DNA from: an uncultured Gemmatimonadota bacterium
GTDB taxonomy: Bacteria; SM23-81; DAOVCL01
Assembly: GCA_964626665.1 (NCBI GenBank)
Contig: CAZVGK010000045.1
Span: 1 to 18,477, forward strand
Direction of reading: 5' to 3'
Length of the DNA: 18,477 bases
Every line of letters begins with the position of its first letter. Position 1 is the first letter of the stretch. The position numbers and the translations under genes were made by a program. The notes beneath the pieces were generated by a model. The model was not told where the DNA came from. It worked only from the letters and a program-made list of their open reading frames with translations, and did not search any database. This document shows positions 8,406 to 16,519 of this stretch, one piece after another.

Positions 8406-10850
8406 ATGAAAGACTATCCATTCGCCGAGATAGAATCCAAGTGGAGAAAAAGATGGGAGAAGGAGGGACTTTATACCACTGACATGCAGAAGGTCGCCAA
8501 GAAGTGTTATTGCCTGGTAATGTTCATCTATCCCTCAGCAGATAAGATGCATATTGGACAGTGGTATAACTATGGCCCCACAGATACTTGGGCCAGATTT
8601 AAAAGGATGCAGGGTTATAATGTATTTGAACCCATAGGATACGATGCCTTTGGTTTGCCTGCCGAGAACTATGCCATAAAAGAAGGGGTCCATCCGGCCA
8701 TCAGCACTGCGGAGAACATCTCCTTTATTCGAGAACAGCTCAAGGTAATTGGAGCGATGTATGATTGGAGCAAGGAGATAGATACCAGTTCCCCTAAATA
8801 TTATAAGTGGACGCAGTGGCTCTTCCTGCAGCTTTACCATCAGGGCTTAGCCTATCAGAAGAAGGCCCCGGTAAATTGGTGCCCTTCCTGTCAAACGGTT
8901 TTGGCTAATGAACAGGTGATAGATGGCAAATGTGAGAGGTGTGATTCTCCGGTTACCAAAAAGGATTTGAAACAATGGTTTTTTAAGATAACCGACTATG
9001 CCGAAAGGCTTTTAACTGGGTTGGATAGGATAGATTGGCCAGAGAAGACGAAAATTATGCAGAGGAACTGGATAGGGAAGAGCGAAGGGGCAGAGATTGA
9101 TTTCCGGCTTGTCGCTGGGGGAGAAACCCTGAGGGTTTTCACCACCCGCCCAGATACCCTCTTCGGGGTCACCTACATCGTCCTGGCTCCGGAGCATCCC
9201 TTGGTCGAAAAGGTAACCATTCCCTCCAAAAGGGATGAGGTAAGGTCATATATTGAGAAGACCAGGCGGGAGAGCGAAATCGAGAGAACATCCTTGGAGA
9301 AGGAGAAAACAGGGGTCTTTACCGGTGACTATACCATAAATCCCGCAAATGGAGAGAAAATCCCCATATGGATTTCCGACTATGTCCTTATTACCTATGG
9401 CACCGGGGCTGTAATGGCCGTACCGGCCCATGACCAGAGGGATTACGAGTTTGCCCAAAAGTTTAAGCTCCCCATAAGGAGGGTGATCAGACCTACGGAT
9501 GAGGAACTGGGGGATGGGGGAGAGGCATTTGTAGATTATGGAGTTATCTTCAATTCTCCCGGTTTCGATGGCCTACCGTCTGAAGTGGGAGGGAGAAGAA
9601 TAGTAGAGGCTCTTCAGAAGAGGGGACTGGCTAGACCCCGAATAAACTACCGGCTCCGAGATTGGCTCATCTCCCGCCAAAGGTATTGGGGAGCCCCCAT
9701 ACCCATCGTCTATTGTGAGAAATGTGGCCGCGTCCCTGTTCCAGAATCAGACCTTCCGGTAGAGCTTCCCCTTGAGGTTGATTTCAAACCAACTGGCACC
9801 GGGAAATCCCCCTTGGCCACCTCTCCCGAATTTGTGCAGACCCGCTGTCCGCAATGTGGGGGGCCGGCCCGGAGGGAAGTGGATACAATGGATACCTTTG
9901 TCTGTTCCTCTTGGTATTACCTGCGCTATCCTAACCCCCATTACACCAAGGGGCCCTTTGATCCGGAGCTTGTTTCCAAATGGCTGCCAGTGGACCAATA
10001 TGTGGGGGGAGCTGAACATGCCGTTATGCATCTTCTATATGCCCGTTTTATCACTAAGGTGCTTTATGACAGGGGATTGATAGATTTTGACGAGCCATTC
10101 CTTAAACTGAGACATCAAGGGATTATTACCCGTGCTGGAGCAAAGATGTCCAAGTCCAAGGCTAATGTGGTCCGCCCTGAGGAGTATATCGCTAAATATG
10201 GATCGGACGCCTTTAGGATGTTTCTCATGTTTATGGGTAATTATGAACAGGGGGGTAATTGGGACAGTTCTGGCATAAATGGGATCTTCAGATTTCTCAA
10301 TCGGGTATATAGGTTATTTGAGGGCAAGAACCTAAGCCAAATTGGGGAATTTGATCCAACCACCCCTGAGGCTAACGCCCTCTGGTGGAGGTTGAACTAT
10401 ACCATCAAGCGATGTACCCAAGCCCTCGAGGAGTTCCGCTTCAACACGGCCATTGCCTCGCTGATGGAGTTGGTTAATGACCTCTACAGATTTATCCAGC
10501 CCCAATCCCCCTTTTATGGTTTTTGTCTCCAGAGGCCCATCCTTCTCTTGGCTCCATTTGCCCCCCATCTCTCTGAGGAGCTCTGGCACAATGCGGGAGG
10601 AGAAGGGTCCGTCTTCCAACAATCTTGGCCCACCTATGACCCGCAGGCCCTTAAGGCAGAGGAGATAACAGTTGTCATTCAGGTAAATGGGAAATTGCGA
10701 TCTGAAATCAAGATTTCCCCCTATATAGATGAGGAGGAACTTAAAGAGATGGTGCTAAGTGACAGGAAAATCAAGAGACATGTTGAAGGGAAGGATGTGG
10801 CAAGATTTGTCATAATCCCCGGGAAATTGGTCAACCTCGTGGTGAGATAA
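8406..10850 (+). CDS. leuS: Leucine--tRNA ligase
   Basis: GYDAFGLPAENYA, VFTTRPDTLFG and GTGAVMAVPAHDQRD (CP1 editing domain), DWLISRQRYWGAPIP, DTMDTF, KMSKS, VIQVNGKLR. The HIGH position reads HIGQ. Confidence 0.97.
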   Translation: MKDYPFAEIESKWRKRWEKEGLYTTDMQKVAKKCYCLVMFIYPSADKMHIGQWYNYGPTDTWARFKRMQGYNVFEPIGYDAFGLPAENYAIKEGVHPAISTAENISFIREQLKVIGAMYDWSKEIDTSSPKYYKWTQWLFLQLYHQGLAYQKKAPVNWCPSCQTVLANEQVIDGKCERCDSPVTKKDLKQWFFKITDYAERLLTGLDRIDWPEKTKIMQRNWIGKSEGAEIDFRLVAGGETLRVFTTRPDTLFGVTYIVLAPEHPLVEKVTIPSKRDEVRSYIEKTRRESEIERTSLEKEKTGVFTGDYTINPANGEKIPIWISDYVLITYGTGAVMAVPAHDQRDYEFAQKFKLPIRRVIRPTDEELGDGGEAFVDYGVIFNSPGFDGLPSEVGGRRIVEALQKRGLARPRINYRLRDWLISRQRYWGAPIPIVYCEKCGRVPVPESDLPVELPLEVDFKPTGTGKSPLATSPEFVQTRCPQCGGPARREVDTMDTFVCSSWYYLRYPNPHYTKGPFDPELVSKWLPVDQYVGGAEHAVMHLLYARFITKVLYDRGLIDFDEPFLKLRHQGIITRAGAKMSKSKANVVRPEEYIAKYGSDAFRMFLMFMGNYEQGGNWDSSGINGIFRFLNRVYRLFEGKNLSQIGEFDPTTPEANALWWRLNYTIKRCTQALEEFRFNTAIASLMELVNDLYRFIQPQSPFYGFCLQRPILLLAPFAPHLSEELWHNAGGEGSVFQQSWPTYDPQALKAEEITVVIQVNGKLRSEIKISPYIDEEELKEMVLSDRKIKRHVEGKDVARFVIIPGKLVNLVVR

Positions 10851-10860
10851 CCCTCTCTTT

Positions 10861-12225
10861 ATGGATATCTCCGAACCGCAGATCAAAAGGGGGTTTACCC
10901 CTCACCAGGTTCTTATCCTCAGTTTTCTGGTGCTCATCTCCCTGGGAACTTTCCTTCTTGCCCTACCCATCTCCACAAAGGGCCGTGGCCTAAGCTTTAT
11001 TGATGCCCTTTTCACCTCAACATCTGCGACTTGCGTCACTGGCCTAATTGTGGTAGATACTGGGAGCCGCTTTACCGCTTTCGGTCGCTGGGTAATTCTG
11101 TTTTTGATTCAATTAGGTGGGTTGGGTATAATGACTTACAGCACATTCTTTATCCTTTTCTTTACAAAAAAGCTCTCCTTTCGGGGCCGCGAGATCATTC
11201 AACAGACGATAAGCTCAACGCCCTATTCGGATATTGGGAAACTTCTCAAGTCCATCCTCTACTTCACTTTTTCCATTGAAGTGATCGGTGCTGGGTTGCT
11301 TTCTCTGCGGTTCTGGACCCAATTTCCCCTGAAAAAATCACTTTATCTTGGTGTTTTCCATTCCATATCCGCCTTTTGCAATGCCGGTTTTTCCCCCTTC
11401 TCCCGCAGTTTAGTTGGCTATCGGGCTGATCCAGTAGTGAACCTGGTGATGGTTAGCCTAATCATTTTCGGAGGTTTGGGGTTTATGGCCCTTCTCGATA
11501 CAAAAAAGTACATCCTTTGGAATGAGAGGGAAAAGAAAAGGAGGCTAACCCTACATACGAAGATAGTTCTGTTGAGCACAAGCATTCTCATCGGGGGAAG
11601 CATCATCCTTATTTACCTGCTTGAGTCCGGGCAGAGTTTCCACGGGCTCTCCTTCCCGGTCAAGCTTCTCTCCTCTTTCTTTCAAGCAGTGACGCCGAGA
11701 ACGGCTGGTTTCAATACCGTGGATATCGGGAGCCTGGCCAACCCCACCATTTTGCTCATTATGGTTCTGATGTTTATTGGGGCTTCGCCGGGCTCCTGTG
11801 GTGGTGGGATAAAAACCAGCACATTCTCGGTGCTCATCGCCCTCTTCTCCGCTCGTTTGAGAGGAAGGGAGAGGGTACACCTCTTTGGGAGAGCGTTGCC
11901 TCAGGCGACTACGGCCAGATCGATATCTATTCTGGTCTCTTCAGTATTAGTTATCTTTCTCTTCACCCTTGCCCTGATGATCGTCACCCGGGGAGGAGGG
12001 GAGAGGGGTCTATTCCCAGAAATTCTCTTTGAGGTAATGTCCGCCTTTGGCACTGTGGGCCTTTCTATGGGATTGACCCCTCATCTTACTATTTTAGGGA
12101 AGTTCTTGATAGTTATGGTGATGTTTATCGGAAGGATTGGCCCCCTGACTGTGGCTATGGCCGTGGGGGAGAGCAAAGAGGGGGTAAGATATAGGTACCC
12201 GGAAGAAAACGTTATGGTTGGGTAA
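10861..12225 (+). CDS. ktrB: Ktr/Trk potassium uptake membrane subunit (KtrB/TrkH family)
   Basis: Four pore-loop signatures SATCVTGL, SAFCNAGF, TPRTAGF and SAFGTVGL; intramembrane loop GASPGSCGGGIKT; MFIGRIGPLT; C-terminal YPEENVMVG. Confidence 0.93.
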   Translation: MDISEPQIKRGFTPHQVLILSFLVLISLGTFLLALPISTKGRGLSFIDALFTSTSATCVTGLIVVDTGSRFTAFGRWVILFLIQLGGLGIMTYSTFFILFFTKKLSFRGREIIQQTISSTPYSDIGKLLKSILYFTFSIEVIGAGLLSLRFWTQFPLKKSLYLGVFHSISAFCNAGFSPFSRSLVGYRADPVVNLVMVSLIIFGGLGFMALLDTKKYILWNEREKKRRLTLHTKIVLLSTSILIGGSIILIYLLESGQSFHGLSFPVKLLSSFFQAVTPRTAGFNTVDIGSLANPTILLIMVLMFIGASPGSCGGGIKTSTFSVLIALFSARLRGRERVHLFGRALPQATTARSISILVSSVLVIFLFTLALMIVTRGGGERGLFPEILFEVMSAFGTVGLSMGLTPHLTILGKFLIVMVMFIGRIGPLTVAMAVGESKEGVRYRYPEENVMVG

Positions 12226-12237
12226 AAGGGGGATACT

Positions 12238-12894
12238 ATGCAGCAATTTGCCATTATAGGTTTGAGCAGTTTTGGCTTTTACTTAGCTAAGGGTTTAGTA
12301 AACAAAAGCTGTCAAGTGATGGCTATTGATAATGATGAGGAAAAGATAGAGGAGATAAAACCATTTGTCCACGAGGCGGTAATTGCTGACGCTACCGAAA
12401 AGGATACCCTGGCCTCCTTAGGCTTGAAGGATATGGATGTTGTGGTTGTAAGTCTTGGTAATAAAATAGATTCCAGCATTCTTGTAACCCTCTACTTGAA
12501 AGAATTTGGGATTAAAAACATCATAGTGAAAGCTCTTTCTGATGATCATGGGAGGATCCTGCAAAAATTAGGGGCCACAAAGGTGATCTTTCCGGAGAGG
12601 GATATGGCACTTAAATTGGCGGGAAGCCTGAGTTCACCGAATGTTTTGGACTATTTACCTTTAGCCCCTGGCTATAGCATAATCGAGATGGCTCCCCCTC
12701 CAGGATTTGTGGGAAAGACCATAGGGGAGCTTGATTTAAGGAAAAAGTACGGGGTGCAGGTCATCGTCATTAAAGGGTTGGTGCCAGAGAAGGTAATACT
12801 TGTTCCCACGCCACAGTACATCATCAAGGATAGTGACATCATGGTTACATTAGGCAAAAACGAGGACTTAGACAAGGTCCAAGACCTAAAATAA
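12238..12894 (+). CDS. ktrA: Ktr/Trk potassium uptake RCK regulatory subunit (KtrA/TrkA family)
   Basis: TrkA_N Rossmann fold (FAIIGLSSFG...AIDND...DAT...LGATKVIFPERDMA) plus TrkA_C (VGKTIGELDLRKKYGVQVI); 12 bp downstream of ktrB. Confidence 0.92.
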   Translation: MQQFAIIGLSSFGFYLAKGLVNKSCQVMAIDNDEEKIEEIKPFVHEAVIADATEKDTLASLGLKDMDVVVVSLGNKIDSSILVTLYLKEFGIKNIIVKALSDDHGRILQKLGATKVIFPERDMALKLAGSLSSPNVLDYLPLAPGYSIIEMAPPPGFVGKTIGELDLRKKYGVQVIVIKGLVPEKVILVPTPQYIIKDSDIMVTLGKNEDLDKVQDLK

Positions 12895-13104
12895 GCAATT
12901 TCTTATCGGCAGCAGCGCAGTTGATTGTCGCTCGCTTTCCCTTGCTGTTTAGGTTGAAATGGGTAGAACTCAGCCCGGCGTCTTTTGGGCATTTGTCATG
13001 AGGGTTTTACGGGCCACAGGGGAATGCAGAAAAGGATAGGGTATGCTTGGGCCGATTTTCATCGGGACTCGCCATAAGGGTCAAGGGATTATCCCGGTAA
13101 AAAG

Positions 13105-13147
13105 ATTAGGGGGGTCAGATCGGTTGATTTGACTCCCCTAATTTATT
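13105..13147 (+). terminator. Probable intrinsic terminator after ktrA, possibly bidirectional
   Basis: 17-bp stem ATTAGGGGGGTCAGATC-ggtt-GATTTGACTCCCCTAAT (2 G-U pairs) followed by TTATT, between convergent genes. Confidence 0.6.
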
Positions 13148-13178
13148 GGTGGTTTTCAGGTTCATGTGAATCGGGTTT

Positions 13179-13206
13179 AGTTTACATAATGTTTCTTATG
13201 CGAACC
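13179..13206 (-). other. dif site (XerC/XerD recombination site)
   Basis: The minus strand reads GGTTCGCATAA-GAAACA-TTATGTAAACT, an 11-6-11 layout. The left arm matches the E. coli XerC arm GGTGCGCATAA at 10/11, and the right arm equals the B. subtilis dif arm TTATGTAAACT. Confidence 0.85.
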
Positions 13207-13211
13207 AAAGG

Positions 13212-13886
13212 TTATTTAATCTCTGCCAAGACAAGCTCCGCCTGATCAGAATATTCAGTCTGGGAATAGTTAGAAATCAGAAATTTATAAGCCTCCTTGG
13301 CTTTTTCGCTCTCTTTGGCCTGGAGGAAGCATCTGCCTGCATCCAGGAGATATTGGGGGGAAAGGTAATAATCCGGATAGTTTTGGGCCGCTTCGAGATA
13401 TTTATCCCCAGCTTCTGAGTAATTTCCCTTTGCCTCTAAACAGGCTCCGATTCCGGCAATGGCCGAGGGAATAAGAAGATCATCGGCCTTCACCTCCCTA
13501 AGAAACTTTTCATAGTATCCCTGCGCATCACCGTATTTCCCTTGGTTAAAGAGGGAATTGGCCATATAGAAGGTGGCGATACGAAATTGTTTCCTCCCCC
13601 CATAGTTTTGAATAAGATTGGTGAGCAAAGGAGCGGCCTTGTCATAGGCCCCTGCGGAGTATAAGACCTCTGCCTTGCCCAGGAGTTCATTGGCCTTCTG
13701 GGCAGACTTTTTCCTGCCACTTGTTATCACCCCGGTAAGAATGACCAACAAGGCCAACCCCACAACTGCCCCAATTAACAAAGACTGTTTTTCCTTGGCC
13801 CACTTGGTAAAGGAGAAAATAGCATTGACTAACTTGTCTTGCTTAAGCTGGGTTTTCTTTGCGGTTGCTCTTTTTCTAGGACTCAT
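13212..13886 (-). CDS. Membrane-anchored tetratricopeptide repeat protein (YfgM / CpoB-YbgF-like)
   Basis: Basic N-terminus KKTQLKQDKLV, a single TM (LLIGAVVGLALLVILTGVI), then TPR-like helices (A.FYMANSLFNQGKYGDA..YY; AIAGIGACLEAKGNYSEA; LLDAGRCF...EKAKEAY). Confidence 0.85.
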   Translation of the reverse strand: MSPRKRATAKKTQLKQDKLVNAIFSFTKWAKEKQSLLIGAVVGLALLVILTGVITSGRKKSAQKANELLGKAEVLYSAGAYDKAAPLLTNLIQNYGGRKQFRIATFYMANSLFNQGKYGDAQGYYEKFLREVKADDLLIPSAIAGIGACLEAKGNYSEAGDKYLEAAQNYPDYYLSPQYLLDAGRCFLQAKESEKAKEAYKFLISNYSQTEYSDQAELVLAEIK

Positions 13887-13984
13887 CCCTTACCCCCTTT
13901 ATTGAATTTAGCTCCCCGCGATCGCCAACTTCCCATAGGGGCTTTGCCCCTCTAGCGCTACGCAATCCTGGGGAGGTTAAAAAG

Positions 13985-14058
13985 TACCCCCGGCCCGACT
14001 CGAACGGGCGGCACAGGGATTAGGAATCCCTTGCTCTATCCATCTGAGCTACGGGGGC
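13985..14058 (-). tRNA. tRNA-Arg(CCT)
   Basis: GCCCCCGTAGCTCAGATGGATAGAGCAAGGGATTCCTAATCCCTGTGCCGCCCGTTCGAGTCGGGCCGGGGGTA folds as a cloverleaf, with anticodon arm AGGGA-TTCCTAA-TCCCT and T-loop TTCGAGT. CCA is not encoded. Confidence 0.95.
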
Positions 14059-14100
14059 ACATCGATATTGTAACCTCTCCCCTATTGAGTTATCCCCGGT

Positions 14101-14129
14101 AATTTAATCTCCGCTAAGTCCCCTGTCAA
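14101..14129 (-). promoter_or_regulatory. Sigma70-type promoter for tRNA-Arg (and probably the TPR gene)
   Basis: TTGACA (14129-14124), N17, TAAATT (14106-14101), about 40 nt upstream of the tRNA. Confidence 0.65.
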
Positions 14130-14275
14130 GATCTTTTGCCCCATATGTGGCCGGCTGCTCAAAATTGTGGAGATATAACGATAAGGGGAAACCGTTGTCC
14201 GATTCCTCCTCATTTATCTTCTCATAAATTCCACCGGATGTGTTTAACTTGCTGTAAAAAAAGGAGTTATTGAAA

Positions 14276-14833
14276 TCAGACCTTATATCCACGCACCTCC
14301 TCAGGGGTAAACTCCACCCCCAAACCAAGCGCAACGCGATTCACGAAGTTGAAATAGCTTACAATCAAATTGATGTCCAAGATGGATTTGTCAGTAAACC
14401 CACACTGCCGTAGCCACCGGATATCGGCCTCAGTGATTTTATCCGGGGTCTTCGTCAATTTAACGGCATAATCGAGCATTCCCCTCTCCCTTTCAGACAG
14501 GGGAAGGGATCTATAATCCTTTACCAACCTCTGCAATTTTTCATCAGCTTCCCAATAATTATTCAGCGCCTCCCCATGATGATTTGTGCAGTATGCACAT
14601 CTGTTCGCTGCGGAGACAACAGTGGCGATCAATTCCCGTTCTTCACGGGTTAGCTCAGATTCCCCAAACATCAGTCCCAGATAGAGTATCATATGTGCTT
14701 CCATGGCAGGGGGATTCAAGCTGTGTACCTTCATAATGTTGGCAACCTTACCCCGCTCCCTTTTTAGCTCTTGGTATATTTCCCGCAACTTCCCCTCTGC
14801 CTCAGATTCATCTATGACTTTGATCCAGGCCAT
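14276..14833 (-). CDS. AhpD/carboxymuconolactone decarboxylase-family peroxidase-related enzyme
   Basis: MAWIKVI start with a GGAG RBS; L.R.ERELIATVVSAANRCAYCTNHH motif; second CMD repeat with YFNFVNRVALGLGV. Confidence 0.9.
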   Translation of the reverse strand: MAWIKVIDESEAEGKLREIYQELKRERGKVANIMKVHSLNPPAMEAHMILYLGLMFGESELTREERELIATVVSAANRCAYCTNHHGEALNNYWEADEKLQRLVKDYRSLPLSERERGMLDYAVKLTKTPDKITEADIRWLRQCGFTDKSILDINLIVSYFNFVNRVALGLGVEFTPEEVRGYKV

Positions 14834-14906
14834 CTTCACTCCTTTTTTGCCTCCTCTTCACCCTCCCCCCTATCGTCCTATTGGTTAAACGATGGAGTAG
14901 GTGCAC

Positions 14907-15875
14907 TTAGTCTTGCCAGGGCAGCTTGTCCAGATCCACATTCCCTCCAGATATGATCAGGCCAATCCTCTTCCCCCTGAAATTAACCTTTCCCTCCAAC
15001 AAAGCTCCGAAAGGAACTGCTGCGGAAGGCTCTACGATAATTTTCATCCTTTCCCAAATAGCCCTCATAGCAGACATAATGATTTCCTCACTAACCGTGA
15101 CTATCTGATGCACATAACGCCTTATAATGGAAAAGGTAATGTCCCCCAAAGAGGTAAGCAACCCATCGGCAATTGTGCGCGGGTTAACTGAAGGGATAAG
15201 CCTACCTTGGGAGAATGATTGGTAAGCATCATCCGCCCCGGCAGGTTCAACCCCTATAACTCTAGCGTGGGATAAAGTGCCGAATAAGGCCAAGGCAGTT
15301 CCGCTCAGCAGGCCTCCCCCACCCACGGGGGCCATGACCACATCCAAGCTGTCAATTTGCTCTATGAGCTCCAAGGCAACAGTCCCCTGTCCTGCAATGA
15401 CATCATAGTCGTTATAAGGGTGGATAAATTTAGCACCGGTTTCCCTAACAACCCGTTTTAAAGTTTCCTCCCTTGCCGCCAGAGTGGGTTCACAATAGAC
15501 AATCTCCCCTCCATAGCTGGCTACCGCTCTTCTCTTTACCTTAGGAGCATCCTTGGGCATTACAATATGGGCCGGGACACCCCTCTTTTGAGCAGCAAGG
15601 GCCAATGCTTGAGCATGATTCCCTGAGGAGTGAGTCGCAACGCCGTTGGCTATCTCCTGATCGGAGAGGGAAAAGACCGCATTTGTTGCCCCACGAAATT
15701 TGAAGGCCCCTACCTTCTGAAAATTCTCGCACTTGAAGAATAACTCCGCCCCTACCAAGCGATTAAGGCTTCTGCAAGTCATAACGGGTGTATGGTTTAT
15801 GTACGGCTTAATCCTTTGATGTGCTTCCCGGATGGTTTCAATATTCACCTTAGAAGTTATATTATTTAATTCCAT
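14907..15875 (-). CDS. PLP-dependent serine/threonine dehydratase (serine racemase-like, no ACT domain)
   Basis: FKCENFQKVGAFKFRGA (PLP lysine), HSSGNHAQALA, PVGGGGLLSG, TIADGL, EPSAAV, ISGGNVD. Confidence 0.9.
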   Translation of the reverse strand: MELNNITSKVNIETIREAHQRIKPYINHTPVMTCRSLNRLVGAELFFKCENFQKVGAFKFRGATNAVFSLSDQEIANGVATHSSGNHAQALALAAQKRGVPAHIVMPKDAPKVKRRAVASYGGEIVYCEPTLAAREETLKRVVRETGAKFIHPYNDYDVIAGQGTVALELIEQIDSLDVVMAPVGGGGLLSGTALALFGTLSHARVIGVEPAGADDAYQSFSQGRLIPSVNPRTIADGLLTSLGDITFSIIRRYVHQIVTVSEEIIMSAMRAIWERMKIIVEPSAAVPFGALLEGKVNFRGKRIGLIISGGNVDLDKLPWQD

Positions 15876-15994
15876 TCTTCATCCTATTTGGACTACCTCT
15901 TCCTAAAACCCTTGTCTTGAAGTGGGTCAAGATAAGTTCAAATTTGCCCCTACAGAATAATCTATAAACTGCTAAATTTTAATAAAGTTATACA

Positions 15995-16030
15995 AAACCT
16001 TACCTATTTGGTCACAAATAGGTAAGGTTT
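15995..16030 (-). terminator. Perfect 16-bp inverted repeat, probable intrinsic terminator
   Basis: AAACCTTACCTATTTG-gtca-CAAATAGGTAAGGTTT; on the minus strand the 3' arm runs into U-rich sequence (GGTTTTGTATAACTTT). Confidence 0.55.
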
Positions 16031-16147
16031 AAACTCTTTGGAAGATCCTCTTTCAATTGTTACATTCAGCTCAACCCTCAATGATTCCCCTTGATGTGCA
16101 GGAAAAATCCCCAGACCTTGATTATAATTCTTTCTCACTGAGCTTTT

Positions 16148-16176
16148 AACATAATTTCCTTTAGCTGGTGTGTCAA
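16148..16176 (-). promoter_or_regulatory. Sigma70-type promoter pointing toward the dehydratase gene
   Basis: TTGACA (16176-16171), N17, TATGTT (16153-16148). Confidence 0.5.
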
Positions 16177-16459
16177 GCCAAATGTTGAAGGAAATTGACT
16201 GAGGAGTCTCACATCGTCCGTAGGATGAAGCACCAAAATACTCTCTTTCCCCGTGATGGGGGAAAATTAATAGGAAGAGGGTGAAAACAGTATCTGTCTT
16301 CTCCATCACCGTTCCTCTCCCTCCAATAAGGATAACTTTCATCCCAGTTCATATAGAGTGGGGTATTCCGACATCTTCTCATAAAAAACTATCGAGGGGT
16401 TGGCTCCTAGGAAGGTTCAACTTAGATATTGACAAATCGAGCAAGCTTCCTTATCTTTT

Positions 16460-16496
16460 AAAAAGTAGAGGCCACCATTGCTGGTGACCTCTGCTT
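16460..16496 (-). terminator. Intrinsic terminator after the 16520 gene
   Basis: Minus strand AAGCAGAGGTCACCA-gcaa-TGGTGGCCTCTACTTTTT. Confidence 0.65.
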
Positions 16497-16519
16497 ATAG
16501 CCGGATTCGGATCAGGGGG

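Noticed and set aside
13985..14058. tRNA as an integration site of a genomic island
   Set aside because: No duplicated tRNA 3' end and no integrase were found in the window.
14104..14334. 76-aa ORF on the minus strand
   Set aside because: It overlaps the AhpD-like gene end and the tRNA promoter, and has no recognisable motif.
16004..16487. ORFs 16004-16342 (-) and 16281-16487 (+)
   Set aside because: No recognisable domains, and they run through promoter and terminator elements. MEKTDTVFTLFLLIF after a purine-rich RBS-like stretch might be a decayed gene start but cannot be supported.
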